Part shown: piece by piece, positions 27,250 through 37,011 of the stretch | How positions within the stretch are numbered: the stretch's first letter is position 1 | Layout of the letters: the number at the start of each line of letters is the position of its first letter | From: Minisyncoccota bacterium | GTDB lineage: Bacteria > Patescibacteriota > Minisyncoccia > JAHIHE01 > JAGLIN01 | Length of the DNA: 41,371 bases | Assembly: GCA_023143145.1 (NCBI GenBank) | Contig: JAGLID010000067.1 | Location: 1 to 41,371 of the forward strand | Reading direction: 5' to 3' | Position numbers and translations under genes: made by a program | Notes under the pieces: model-generated | Databases searched by the model: none | Told to the model about the DNA's origin: nothing | The model's input: only the letters and a program-made list of their open reading frames with translations

Positions 27250-28338
27250 ATGAAATCACACGAGATTGATAAAACTTTAATGTTAACGGTTTGCTTACTA
27301 TCTTTTTTGGGCTTAATCGCAATATCTAGTGCCAGTGTAGTTATGAGTTATCATAAGTTTGGTAATAACTATTATTATCTATTTCATCAATTTGTGTATG
27401 GTTTTATACCGGGTTTTATAGCTTTGTTAATATTGCAAAAAATTGATTATAGAATTTTCAAGAAAAATATGTTGTTATTCCTGATTGTAACAATTATTCT
27501 TCTTTTTGTCGTTTTTGTTCCAGGATTAGGATTAGGATTGAAAGGAGCTAATAGGTGGATAAGTATCGCTGGGATTAGCTTTCAGCCCTCGGAATTTATA
27601 AAGCTTACTTTTATTTTGTATATTGCAGTTTGGTTTGAAAAAAATAAAAAAGACTTCTCTAATTTATTGATTCCATTCATCGTCTTGATCGTTATTATTG
27701 GCATTCCTTTAATAAAACAACCTGATATAGGAACTCTTAGTATTATCATTTTGACTGCTGTAATTATGTATTTTTCATATGGGGCAAAAATCAAACATAT
27801 TCTCTTGCTTGGTGTTGGTGGTTTGGCGGGATTGTTATTTTTAATAAAAATTGCTCCATATCGTATGGACAGGTTTATGGTTTTTTTACATCCGGAGATT
27901 GATCCTTTGGGAATTGGATATCAGATTAATCAAGCTTTATTAGCTTTTGGCTCCGGGGGATTTTTTGGTCTTGGATTTGGGCAAAGTAGACAGAAATTTA
28001 ATTATCTACCAGAACCGATTGGAGATTCAATCTTTGCAATTATTGGAGAAGAATTTGGCCTTTTTGGAATAAGTGTCATTGTTATCTTGTTTTTAATTTT
28101 TGCCATGCGAGGATACAAAATTGCCTGCAATGCCCCCGATGATTTTGGTAAATTAGTTGCCGTTGGAATTACATCGTTGATTACTTTTCAGGCCATTATG
28201 AATATGGCGGCAATTACTTCACTACTTCCCCTGACTGGAATTCCTCTTCCTTTTATAAGTTATGGCGGATCTAATTTGATAGTTTCACTGGCAGCTGTTG
28301 GCATATTACTGAATATTTCAAGACATTTAAAAGCATAA
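27250..28338 (+). CDS. ftsW: SEDS family peptidoglycan polymerase FtsW
   Basis: GANRWI, FQPSEFIK, QPDIGT, GYQINQ, LPEPIGDSIF, TGIPLPFISYGGS; upstream of murG. Confidence 0.93.
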   Translation: MKSHEIDKTLMLTVCLLSFLGLIAISSASVVMSYHKFGNNYYYLFHQFVYGFIPGFIALLILQKIDYRIFKKNMLLFLIVTIILLFVVFVPGLGLGLKGANRWISIAGISFQPSEFIKLTFILYIAVWFEKNKKDFSNLLIPFIVLIVIIGIPLIKQPDIGTLSIIILTAVIMYFSYGAKIKHILLLGVGGLAGLLFLIKIAPYRMDRFMVFLHPEIDPLGIGYQINQALLAFGSGGFFGLGFGQSRQKFNYLPEPIGDSIFAIIGEEFGLFGISVIVILFLIFAMRGYKIACNAPDDFGKLVAVGITSLITFQAIMNMAAITSLLPLTGIPLPFISYGGSNLIVSLAAVGILLNISRHLKA

Positions 28339-28534
28339 TGTTCATTTTGCACTATGAAATATGAAAGATGAAATAAAAATGATTAATTAATTTGTTATGT
28401 TCTGATCTATAGTATATAATTTCAAGATTGAGATTTTATAGTTAGTTAATTAAAGCTTATTATCATTCCCTTGTTAAATATTGTTATTTATTTTATTATG
28501 AGATAAATAGTAAATAATAAATAAAATAAATATT

Positions 28535-29647
28535 ATGAGAATTCTTTTTGTAGGAGAGTCTGCTGCTGGACATCTGGCACCAATTGTTGCGGTTTTTGAA
28601 GAAATAAATCAAAAAAAGAAAGAGCTGAAGCTTAATTCTTTGGAATTTATGCTGATTAGCTCTAAAAGTCATTTTTTACAGGAAATGCTAGAGGGAGTAG
28701 ACCTTCCATTTAAAACAATAAGGGCAGCAAAGAGTGGAGTTGCTTCTCCATTACAACCAATTCTTAATTTTCTTAATATGATTATCGGATTTTTTCAATC
28801 CTTGTTATTCATATTTGATTATATGCCCGATGTCGTTTTTTCAAAAGGAGGAAAAGTGTCTTTACCCATTGTTATGGTTAGCTGGATATTTCGTATACCC
28901 ATTATAATTCATGAGTCTGATTCAGTGGCTAGCCCAGTAGACAAGTTTATGTTTAAATTTGCAAAAAAAGTTGCAGTATCTTTTAAGGATAGCGAAGAAA
29001 TATATCAATCCCCAAAAGTATTTTTTACTGGAAATCCTGTAAGAAGTTTCATTATGAAAGCGGATCGAGAAAAAGCAATGGCAGAATTTATTCTTAATCG
29101 TGAAAAACCAATTATTTTGATTATGGGAGGAAGTGAGGGAGCAAGGGAAATTAATAATCTTGTAATTGAAATTCTACCAGAACTATTGGAAAATTATCAA
29201 ATTATTCATCAATGTGGAGTTGGAAATTATAACGATGTAAAGTCTATTATTGAAAAGATGAATATTCCAAATTTAAATAATTATCATTTATTTCCGTTTT
29301 TTAAGAAGAAAATAGCAGATGCTTATGTTGTTTGTGATCTTGTAATTAGCAGGGCTGGAGCGAATACAGTTTCGGAGATTCTTTCAGTTGATAAACCGAG
29401 TATTCTCATTCCTCTTGCTTCGGCAGTAAGTGACAAACAACAAAAGAATGCTTTCCATTATTCTCAATCAGGTGCAGCAGTTTTGTTAAGTGAGAAAAAT
29501 TTGAAACCACATCTTATTTTAAATGTCGTTAACGAGATTTTTCAAAGTAATCTAAAAGTTATGGAAATGAAAAGAGCTGCTAGACAATTAGCTCAACCAG
29601 AAGCTGCCAGAAAGATAGCAGAGCAAGTAATTAATATTGCTAAATAA
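28535..29647 (+). CDS. murG: Lipid I N-acetylglucosaminyltransferase MurG
   Basis: AGHLAP, KGG.VSLP, IHESD, TGNPVR, GGSEGA, SRAGANT, QQKNA. Confidence 0.92.
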   Translation: MRILFVGESAAGHLAPIVAVFEEINQKKKELKLNSLEFMLISSKSHFLQEMLEGVDLPFKTIRAAKSGVASPLQPILNFLNMIIGFFQSLLFIFDYMPDVVFSKGGKVSLPIVMVSWIFRIPIIIHESDSVASPVDKFMFKFAKKVAVSFKDSEEIYQSPKVFFTGNPVRSFIMKADREKAMAEFILNREKPIILIMGGSEGAREINNLVIEILPELLENYQIIHQCGVGNYNDVKSIIEKMNIPNLNNYHLFPFFKKKIADAYVVCDLVISRAGANTVSEILSVDKPSILIPLASAVSDKQQKNAFHYSQSGAAVLLSEKNLKPHLILNVVNEIFQSNLKVMEMKRAARQLAQPEAARKIAEQVINIAK

Positions 29648-29658
29648 AACTTATTTAT

Positions 29659-29688
29659 TACTCTATCTGACGGTTGGTAAATAGAGTA
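29659..29688. other. Intergenic hairpin between murG and murC
   Basis: TACTCTAT / ATAGAGTA 8-bp inverted repeat, no U tract. Confidence 0.4.
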
Positions 29689-29710
29689 GTATTGTTTAAA
29701 TATACTTTTT

Positions 29711-31099
29711 ATGAAAATGGATTTTGAGAAAATAAATAAAATACATTTTATAGGAATTGGTGGAATTGGTTTAAGCGCGATTGCAAAATTTATGAAACTG
29801 AAAGGAAAGCAAATTAGTGGTTCAGACTTGAGTCGCTCTTTGGTTATTGATAATTTGGAAGAAGATGGAATAAAGATATTTATTGGTCAGAATGAAGAAA
29901 ATATAAGTTCAGATATTGATTTAGTGATTCACACAATGGCAATTCCTAAAGACAATTCAGAGTTGAACAGAGCAAAAGAACTTAATATAAAAACTATCAC
30001 TTATCCAGAGTCGTTGGGAGTTTTGTTTAATGACAAGTTTGGAATTGGTGTTTGTGGCACTCATGGAAAATCTTCTACAACGGCCATGATAGGGTTAATG
30101 TTAGATGATGCAGGACTTGATCCTTCAATTGTTGTGGGCAGTATCGTGCCAAGATATAAAAGTAATTTACGTATTGGAAAAAGTAAATATTTTTTGATTG
30201 AGGCATGTGAATATGAAAGAGCATTCCTGAATTATTATCCGAAAATAATTATCTTGAATAATATTGAACTTGATCATACTGATTACTATAAGGGCCTAGA
30301 CGATTTCAAAAGTGCATTTGTAGAATTTTTAACTCATTTACCAGATGACGGACTCTTAATTTGTAATGGAGATGATGAAAATGTATTGAGTATAAAGGGT
30401 CAGATAGCAAGTTCTTTAAATTTTGGTTTGAAAGAAAATAATGGAGTGAGAGCTATAAATGTAATATTTACAGAGGGACAGACAAAATTTGAAGTCATTT
30501 ATCAGAATGAAAATTTAGGAGAATTCGCATTGATGGTTCCGGGATTTTTTAATGTTTATAATGCTTTGGGAGCAATTTCTTTGGGATTAGCTTTAAAAAT
30601 TCCAATTGAGAAAATAAAAAAATCTCTGGAAAATTATTCAGGAACTTGGAGAAGGTTTGAAATTAAAGGGAAATATAAAAATGCTTTGGTGATTTCTGAT
30701 TATGCTCATCATCCTACAGCGGTCAAAGTTATAATTGAAGCAACAAAGAATTTCTATCCTGGAAAACGAGTTTTTGCAGTTTTTCAACCTCATCAACATA
30801 ATCGAACAAAAGAACTTTACCAAGATTTTTTGAAAAGTTTTGATGATGCTGACATTTTGATTCTAGTGGAGATTTTTGATGTTGCTGGTAGAGAAGAAGA
30901 AAATGCTCAGATTGTGAGTTCTTTAAATTTGGTAGATGATATCAAGAAACAAGGAAAGAAGATATCAAAAAATATTTTTTATACTAAAGACTTACGAGAG
31001 ACGCGGAAATTAATTGATGGAAAGATGAAATCAGATGATATATTGTTAATTATCGGTGCGGGGGATATTTATAAAATAGCGGACGATTTGGTTGCATAA
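29711..31099 (+). CDS. murC: UDP-N-acetylmuramate--L-alanine ligase
   Basis: HFIGIGGIGLS, GTHGKSSTT, EACEY, ELDHTDYY, RRFE, DYAHHPT, FQPH, GAGDI. Confidence 0.95.
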   Translation: MKMDFEKINKIHFIGIGGIGLSAIAKFMKLKGKQISGSDLSRSLVIDNLEEDGIKIFIGQNEENISSDIDLVIHTMAIPKDNSELNRAKELNIKTITYPESLGVLFNDKFGIGVCGTHGKSSTTAMIGLMLDDAGLDPSIVVGSIVPRYKSNLRIGKSKYFLIEACEYERAFLNYYPKIIILNNIELDHTDYYKGLDDFKSAFVEFLTHLPDDGLLICNGDDENVLSIKGQIASSLNFGLKENNGVRAINVIFTEGQTKFEVIYQNENLGEFALMVPGFFNVYNALGAISLGLALKIPIEKIKKSLENYSGTWRRFEIKGKYKNALVISDYAHHPTAVKVIIEATKNFYPGKRVFAVFQPHQHNRTKELYQDFLKSFDDADILILVEIFDVAGREEENAQIVSSLNLVDDIKKQGKKISKNIFYTKDLRETRKLIDGKMKSDDILLIIGAGDIYKIADDLVA

Positions 31100-31101
31100 A
31101 A

Positions 31102-31127
31102 AAACATCACTTTATTTAGTGATGTTT
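31102..31127. terminator. Hairpin after murC
   Basis: AAACATCACT / AGTGATGTTT perfect 10-bp stem. Confidence 0.55.
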
Positions 31128-31280
31128 AGCCTAGTAATTAAGATTTTGAATAATCTTTTTATTACGACAGCTATTTCTTCTTTGCTTGGACCTAACCATT
31201 TTCTTTCTATTATGTCATAAATCTTTTTTTTATTTAATTCACCCCATTTTTTTATATTGAGTATAGGTTAATCATAAATC

Positions 31281-32237
31281 ATGTCAATTGAAATTCAAAA
31301 AAACATACCACTTTCAAAACATACCACTTTTAAGATTGGTGGTCAGGCAAAGTTTTTTTGTGTTATCGGAAATATTAATGAAATCCAAGGGGCTTTGGAA
31401 TATGCAAAAGAAAATAAATTAGCAGTTTTTGTTTTGGGAGGTGGAAGTAATATTCTTGTTTTAGATAAAGGTTTTGATGGACTGGTTATCAAAATACAAG
31501 ATACAAGATGTGAGATACAAACTAGCGATAAAATATTTGTCGGTACTGGACTATCTTTGGCAAAAGTAGTTAGTGAATCTGTGAAAAATAATTTGACTGG
31601 ACTTGAATGGGTAGCGGGAATTCCTGGAACTGTTGGTGGAGCAATTTGTAATAATACTGGAGCTCATGGAAAATCGATGGAAGATATTGTGGAAGAAATG
31701 GAAGTCATAGAATTATTCAATTATGATAAAGGGATTTGGGTGGTTAAAAAATTAATCAATCAAGAATGTAATTTTTCATATCGAAGTAGTGTTTTTAAAA
31801 AAGAAAAAAAGTATATTGTTCTGAGTGCGATATTAAAATTGAAAAAAGGGGATGAAGCTGAAAGCAGAAAAATAGTTGCAGAATATCTGAAAATAAGAAG
31901 AGAAAAGCAACCACTTGAATATCCGAGTGCTGGAAGTGTTTTTAAGAATCCAAAAATAGAAGATCTAGTTCTGAAAAAAATATTCATTGAATATCCAGAG
32001 CTTGAAAAAATCGTAAAAGACAATATAGTTCCAGTTGGATGGTTTATCGAAATGCTCGGATTGAAAGGGAAAAAAATCGGCGGAGCAATGATTTCTGAAA
32101 AGCATGGAAATTTCATTGTAAATACGGGAGATGCAAAGGCTGAGGATGTCATTATTTTAATTAGTTTAATCAAGCAAAAAGTCCGAGATCGTTTTGGGGT
32201 TCAATTGCATGAAGAGATTGAGTATGTTGGTTTTTAG
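31281..32237 (+). CDS. murB: UDP-N-acetylenolpyruvoylglucosamine reductase
   Basis: TTFKIGG, GGGSN, GIPGTVGGA, FSYRSS, KQP..YPSAGSVFKNP, KHGNFIVN. Confidence 0.95.
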   Translation: MSIEIQKNIPLSKHTTFKIGGQAKFFCVIGNINEIQGALEYAKENKLAVFVLGGGSNILVLDKGFDGLVIKIQDTRCEIQTSDKIFVGTGLSLAKVVSESVKNNLTGLEWVAGIPGTVGGAICNNTGAHGKSMEDIVEEMEVIELFNYDKGIWVVKKLINQECNFSYRSSVFKKEKKYIVLSAILKLKKGDEAESRKIVAEYLKIRREKQPLEYPSAGSVFKNPKIEDLVLKKIFIEYPELEKIVKDNIVPVGWFIEMLGLKGKKIGGAMISEKHGNFIVNTGDAKAEDVIILISLIKQKVRDRFGVQLHEEIEYVGF

Positions 32238-32264
32238 CTAGTTTAATATTTATGCCTCATGTTG

Positions 32265-32292
32265 GCTCCATGTCTCCCGACTGGAGCTTTTT
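32265..32292 (+). terminator. Terminator after murB
   Basis: GCTCCA...TGGAGC followed by TTTTT. Confidence 0.65.
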
Positions 32293-32308
32293 GTGATTTT
32301 TTCTTGTA

Positions 32309-32336
32309 TTGACATTATTTCCATTTCAGGTATACT
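32309..32336 (+). promoter_or_regulatory. Near-consensus sigma70 promoter
   Basis: TTGACA, 16 nt, TATACT. Confidence 0.7.
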
Positions 32337-32372
32337 GTACAGTTGAAAGTGTTCTTTGACAAAACAAAAGAA

Positions 32373-32519
32373 ATTCACTGGTTATGAAAGCTTGATATTG
32401 CTTTTGGAGAGCAGGCTTTGTTTTACGTGTCATTCTGAGCTTGTTGAAGAATTACACACTAAAGCATGAACTTTAAAATATAATAGTAGGTCTTCATAGC
32501 CGGTGAATAGCTGGTGAAT
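32373..32519 (+). ncRNA. Candidate structured RNA (6S-like rod or 5' leader)
   Basis: 16-bp closing stem 32373-32388/32493-32508 with two G-U pairs, central bubble and long apical stem; lies behind a strong promoter. Confidence 0.4.
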
Positions 32520-32542
32520 AAAAGTAGAGGTGATTATTAATT

Positions 32543-33247
32543 ATGACAGAAGAATTTACAACGGCCTTGAAAGAGGCAAATAAAGCATATAGTGATGGGA
32601 ATCATAAAGAAGCATTAGAACTTGCAACAGATGCTGAGAGAATCGCGCTTGAGATGACGATTCAGGCTACACGAAAAAAGTCTTGGTCTGCAAGACAAGT
32701 AGGGTATAAAGAAAATGATGAGTCTATAAGAGTCAAAATGTACTGCATTGCAAGAACAGGTGCTCAGTTCATTCTTGATTATTCTAGGGATTTTGAAATG
32801 AGAAACTCGGCCATCAAGCTTTTGATGCTGTTACCAGGATCAGATATTGAGTCTCTTTGTAAAATAGGGGTTCGAGAAGTCAAATTTGCTGAATTAATTA
32901 ATGAAGGAGAAAAAGAAAGTTGGATTGGCGAATTGAGAAATTCTCTCGGAATTGAAGTTCGAAAAACTGACCCACGACAAGCGATGGATATATTTTTATC
33001 TACACACGAAACAGTAAAAAGCAAAACTGTTATTGCAGGACATTTAATGCAAAATGCAGGAACTTGTTTATTAATGCAAATGAATGAAACAAAATACATC
33101 AATATGAAGCATTATTATGCTCATAAAGCAATTCAGCTTTTGCAGAAAGCTATTGATGAGTATCCTGAAGATCAAAAAGGTCACAGAGAATCGGTAAAGA
33201 ATAAAATTAATAATACTAAGGAGGAAATAAAAAACAACTTCCAATAA
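32543..33247 (+). CDS. Hypothetical alpha-helical (TPR-like) protein
   Basis: SD AGAGGTG; helix-pair patterns such as ANKAYSDGNHKEALELA and AIQLLQKAIDEYP. Confidence 0.7.
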   Translation: MTEEFTTALKEANKAYSDGNHKEALELATDAERIALEMTIQATRKKSWSARQVGYKENDESIRVKMYCIARTGAQFILDYSRDFEMRNSAIKLLMLLPGSDIESLCKIGVREVKFAELINEGEKESWIGELRNSLGIEVRKTDPRQAMDIFLSTHETVKSKTVIAGHLMQNAGTCLLMQMNETKYINMKHYYAHKAIQLLQKAIDEYPEDQKGHRESVKNKINNTKEEIKNNFQ

Positions 33248-33326
33248 AAATAGGTATAGGAGACAATAATGATTTTGCAAGAATTGTAAATGAATTGTCT
33301 CTTCTTTTTTTGCCTAAAAAATGTTA

Positions 33327-33394
33327 GGATGGGGTGGAGGGGGATTTTAAATAAATTAATACACCTCAACTCCTCTCAAAAAAAAGGGGGGGGA
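33327..33394. repeat. Degenerate G/C-tract palindromic (REP-like) element
   Basis: GGGGTGGAGGGGGATT ... CACCTCAACTCCTCTC-A8-GGGGGGG in an otherwise very AT-rich spacer. Confidence 0.4.
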
Positions 33395-33406
33395 ATGTAA
33401 AACAAT

Positions 33407-34630
33407 ATGTTTGGAATTTTTGAAAGTCATCTTAATATATATTCGTGGTTTCCGAAAATGGAAAAAACCACCTTTGATGTTTCATTGGTGCATTTTTTGT
33501 TGATGTTTGGATATAAACTTTTTTCTTTGTATTATCCTTTATATCTAATTTCAATCGGATTTTCAGTTATGAATATTGGAAGTATCTACTTGCTGACATA
33601 TTCTGTAATTGCAATTTCTTCTCTCGCGATAAATCATTATATTCGCAAATTTAATCCCTCAAAGGTTGCGGCTTTCGGGATTGCGGGTTATGGCGTATTC
33701 GCACTGATGATGCTTTTGAGTCGCAATATTTATGTTTTTTATCTCGCCCAAATCGTACTTGGTTTTTCGGCGGCTGCTTGGCTTGTTTCTCTTAAATTGA
33801 TTTTAATGAAGTCAAAATCAAAAAGCAAGAGTAAAAGCTTTGGTTGGTTCTATTCAATGCCTCATTATGCTTCAGTAGTTGCTCCTCTGATTGGTGGAGC
33901 TGTTATTCTCAAGTTTGGTTTTACAGGAGTTTTTATTTTAAGTTTAGTTATTCAATTTGCCAATGCATTTTATGCTTATAGTAGATTAAGCGGAAATGAA
34001 AATATATCACACAATAATAAAGAATGCAGGAAGGAAGGTCCAAAAAATAATTACAAAAAAATCTATCATGAAACAAAAAAAGATGGTGTGCTGATTTTTT
34101 TGTTAATATCGGTATTTTCAGCATTGATTCTTGGAGGAATCTATCGAGCATTTTTTGTTATATTTTTAGAAAATTTATCTTTTTCACAAAACGATGTTAT
34201 CAAGTTTATTGCTCTTGCTTCAGTTGCTTACCTTCCTCTTTCGGTGATTGTTATCAAGATAATTGAAAAGCTCAAGAATAGGAAAATAATTAGTGGTGGA
34301 ATTATTGCAGAAGGTTTTTTCACAATTATCCTTGGAGCGTTTTCAAGTGTGATGAATTTGTTTGGATTTTTTGTCGTAATGACTGTAGGTTCTCTTGGAG
34401 CCTTGGCGACAGGAAGTGGGAAGAGTGCTTTTCTATCCAGAAGGTTCCAAAAGTGTAAAGAAGAAGCGTCGGTGATTGATACGATTCTAGCAACTCTAGG
34501 TCCTGCTCTTGGTGGTCTTATCGGAGGTGTGGCAATTTCTAGTCTTGGTTTTGAAAAAACATTCCTATTCGCAGGTATAATAGTTTTTATATTGGGAACG
34601 ATTTCATGGTTTATCAAAGTGAAAACTTAA
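33407..34630 (+). CDS. MFS transporter
   Basis: About 12 TM helices, central hydrophilic loop, APLIGG and GPALGG motifs. Confidence 0.88.
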   Translation: MFGIFESHLNIYSWFPKMEKTTFDVSLVHFLLMFGYKLFSLYYPLYLISIGFSVMNIGSIYLLTYSVIAISSLAINHYIRKFNPSKVAAFGIAGYGVFALMMLLSRNIYVFYLAQIVLGFSAAAWLVSLKLILMKSKSKSKSKSFGWFYSMPHYASVVAPLIGGAVILKFGFTGVFILSLVIQFANAFYAYSRLSGNENISHNNKECRKEGPKNNYKKIYHETKKDGVLIFLLISVFSALILGGIYRAFFVIFLENLSFSQNDVIKFIALASVAYLPLSVIVIKIIEKLKNRKIISGGIIAEGFFTIILGAFSSVMNLFGFFVVMTVGSLGALATGSGKSAFLSRRFQKCKEEASVIDTILATLGPALGGLIGGVAISSLGFEKTFLFAGIIVFILGTISWFIKVKT

Positions 34631-34703
34631 TTTTATTTTGCAAATTACGGGAATGTGACATATAATACAATAGCTTTTAGTATTTAATAATTATTGAATT
34701 TTT

Positions 34704-35714
34704 ATGAGTTATATTTTCGTTGTTTTGTTGTTGTCGCTCTCGGCAATATTTTCTGGTTTAACGCTAGGATTTTTTAGTTTAAATAAGGAAGATCTCGAAA
34801 GAAAAGCAGAACTTGGAAATAAAGATGCTCAAAAAGTTTACAGTTTGAGGAAAAGAGGCAATTTACTTCTTTGTACTTTGCTCATTGGGAATGTCGCGGT
34901 GAATTCGGCTTTGGCAATATTTTTGGGAAATATCGCACCTGGGATTGTCGCTGGTATTATTGCGACGGGACTAATTGTGATTTTCGGTGAGATAATTCCT
35001 CAAGCCGTTTTTTCTCGATATGCTTTGACTTTGGGAGCAAGATTGACTTGGCTTGTAAAAATTTTTACATTTATATTATATCCAATTTCATGGCCAATCG
35101 CTTGGGTTTTAGACAAGGGCCTTGGAGAGGAAATAGCTACAATTTATTCAAGGCATGAACTTATCAAGATTATTGAAGACCATGAAGATTCAAATGAAAG
35201 TGATATTGATGTCGATGAAGAATTAATTATAAAGGGGGCTTTGTCATATTCAAATAAAGTGGTTGATGATATTCTCACACCGAGAACAGAAGTATTTTCC
35301 CTTGCTTACGACCAAAAGCTTACTGGAAATATTGTAAAAAATATATTCGAAACTGGACACTCTCGAGTTCCGGTTTACAAGGAAAATCTTGATAATATCG
35401 TCGGAATTTTATATATCAAGGACCTTCTTGCAAAAAATTATAAAGGCAAAAAAGTTGGCAGTATTGCTCGAAAAAATGTAATATTTGTTGATTCTCAGAA
35501 GCCTCTTGATGATTTACTTAATGCGTTTAAGACTTCTCGAAATCATTTATTTGTCGTTGCAGATAAACACGGAGTTATGTCTGGGATTGTAACTATTGAA
35601 GATGTTCTTGAGGAAATCATCGGTTCGGAGATTATTGATGAATATGATCAATTTGAAAATTTGCAAGAAGAGGCAGAAAACAAAATCAAGAAAAAGAAGA
35701 GAAAGAAGCTGTGA
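34704..35714 (+). CDS. CNNM/DUF21-CBS domain protein (CorB/CorC-like)
   Basis: FSGLTLG, LLCTLLIGN, FGEIIPQA, tandem CBS (HSRVPVY, GIVTIEDVLEEIIG). Confidence 0.92.
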   Translation: MSYIFVVLLLSLSAIFSGLTLGFFSLNKEDLERKAELGNKDAQKVYSLRKRGNLLLCTLLIGNVAVNSALAIFLGNIAPGIVAGIIATGLIVIFGEIIPQAVFSRYALTLGARLTWLVKIFTFILYPISWPIAWVLDKGLGEEIATIYSRHELIKIIEDHEDSNESDIDVDEELIIKGALSYSNKVVDDILTPRTEVFSLAYDQKLTGNIVKNIFETGHSRVPVYKENLDNIVGILYIKDLLAKNYKGKKVGSIARKNVIFVDSQKPLDDLLNAFKTSRNHLFVVADKHGVMSGIVTIEDVLEEIIGSEIIDEYDQFENLQEEAENKIKKKKRKKL

Positions 35715-35830
35715 CTTGATTGATTATTGACATATTTAATATTTCGTGTAAGACTGTCGTTAGTTAAGATTTGGAATTAGAATCTTTTATATGAAGATTT
35801 TGTTCTAAAAAAATAGAGGAGGATATGCCT

Positions 35831-36274
35831 ATGGTCAAAGTAATTAAAGATACAGATGCAGGCCCACTATCAGAAGTGGCTCGAACGATAATGGAGAAAA
35901 GAGCAAGTATGGTTGGGCAGTTAATGGTTGGAGGCTTAACTGCAAGATATTGGATAGGTGTTCATAAAAACTTAGGTCCCATAATTAGAGAAGGGGATCT
36001 CACCGACGCACAGTTCCTTCAAGTTCATTGTATTTTTTCAGTAGGAAACTGGAAAACAGGAAATTTAGATGGAGCTAAAAGGTCAGTGAGAAAAATTCTT
36101 TTGTTTCATCAAAATGAATTAAAAGATTTACATAAGTTCCGGACCTTAGAGGACTTACCTGGGTATATATCATTAAAACAACTGCCCGAATTTCAATCAT
36201 TGAAACTTTATTTTGGGGAGTTGAATGAAAAGTCACGCGTAAGATTAATTGCATGTGGCCGGGTTGACGAATAG
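35831..36274 (+). CDS. Hypothetical protein
   Basis: SD GAGGAGG (35816-35822) is best spaced to ATG 35831 (the track uses 35825); terminator follows. Confidence 0.65.
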   Translation: MVKVIKDTDAGPLSEVARTIMEKRASMVGQLMVGGLTARYWIGVHKNLGPIIREGDLTDAQFLQVHCIFSVGNWKTGNLDGAKRSVRKILLFHQNELKDLHKFRTLEDLPGYISLKQLPEFQSLKLYFGELNEKSRVRLIACGRVDE

Positions 36275-36300
36275 AGGGAAATTTTTTCACCCTCTTTTTT
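36273..36300 (+). terminator. Rho-independent terminator
   Basis: AGAGGG...CCCTCT followed by a T run. Confidence 0.65.
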
Positions 36301-36518
36301 ATTTTTTCTATTTAGGGTTCGGTTTGGAATTAAGTAGTCCTAAAATTAAACTTTTTGAATTTGTTTTTTGAATAATATTTGAGATTTGCATTTTCATGGG
36401 AATGACAAAAAACGAGTAAGCTCTATAAATATTAATATGTTAAAATATTTTTCCTTTATCCTTGATAAATTCTATATCTATGCTATGATTATTTTGTAAT
36501 CAATTAAAATAAAAAAAC

Positions 36519-36941
36519 ATGAATATCATCATAAAAGGGACAAATTTAGAGCTTCATGAGGATTTGAAGGCTTATGTTAATGAAAAGATTGGTAGTTTGA
36601 AGAAATTTATTGAAAATGAAAATACGGATGAAGGCACTGTTGTAGCTCGAGTTGAACTTGCTAAAACTACACAACATCATCAGCAGGGTGAGATTTATAT
36701 GGCTGAAGTGAATTTGCAAATGACAAAAAAAATGTTGCGTGTGGTTGTTGAAAGTGATGGTATTTATAAGGCGATTGATGAAGTAAAAGATAAATTGAAA
36801 GTGGCTATCACGGATTATAAGGATGAAAAGAATACTAAAATCAGAAAAGGAGCAAGAATTATCAAGAAGTTAAAAAATATTTCACCGCTTGCTTGGGCGA
36901 AAGGTGAATTCAAAAAGTATAGATCAAGAAAAGAAGAATAA
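36519..36941 (+). CDS. raiA: Ribosome hibernation factor HPF/RaiA (S30AE family)
   Basis: MNIIIKGTNLEL..L..YV.EK, AEVNL, IYKAID; directly upstream of secA. Confidence 0.88.
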   Translation: MNIIIKGTNLELHEDLKAYVNEKIGSLKKFIENENTDEGTVVARVELAKTTQHHQQGEIYMAEVNLQMTKKMLRVVVESDGIYKAIDEVKDKLKVAITDYKDEKNTKIRKGARIIKKLKNISPLAWAKGEFKKYRSRKEE

Positions 36942-36942
36942 A

Positions 36943-36973
36943 AAAAGCAAAAGAAGTTTTTTTGTTTGCTTTT
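36943..36973 (+). terminator. Possible terminator after raiA
   Basis: AAAAGCAAA / TTTGCTTTT inverted repeat. Confidence 0.4.
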
Positions 36974-37011
36974 AGTTTGAAAATTTACTTAATAACTTAC
37001 TATTAATTTTT

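Noticed and set aside
28339..28534. AT-rich spacer between ftsW and murG as a possible sRNA or small ORF
   Set aside because: No stable stem or credible ORF; most likely just a promoter region
31112..31265. Open minus-strand frame between murC and murB (LNIKKWGELNKKKIYD...)
   Set aside because: No ATG/GTG/TTG start or RBS; at most a gene remnant
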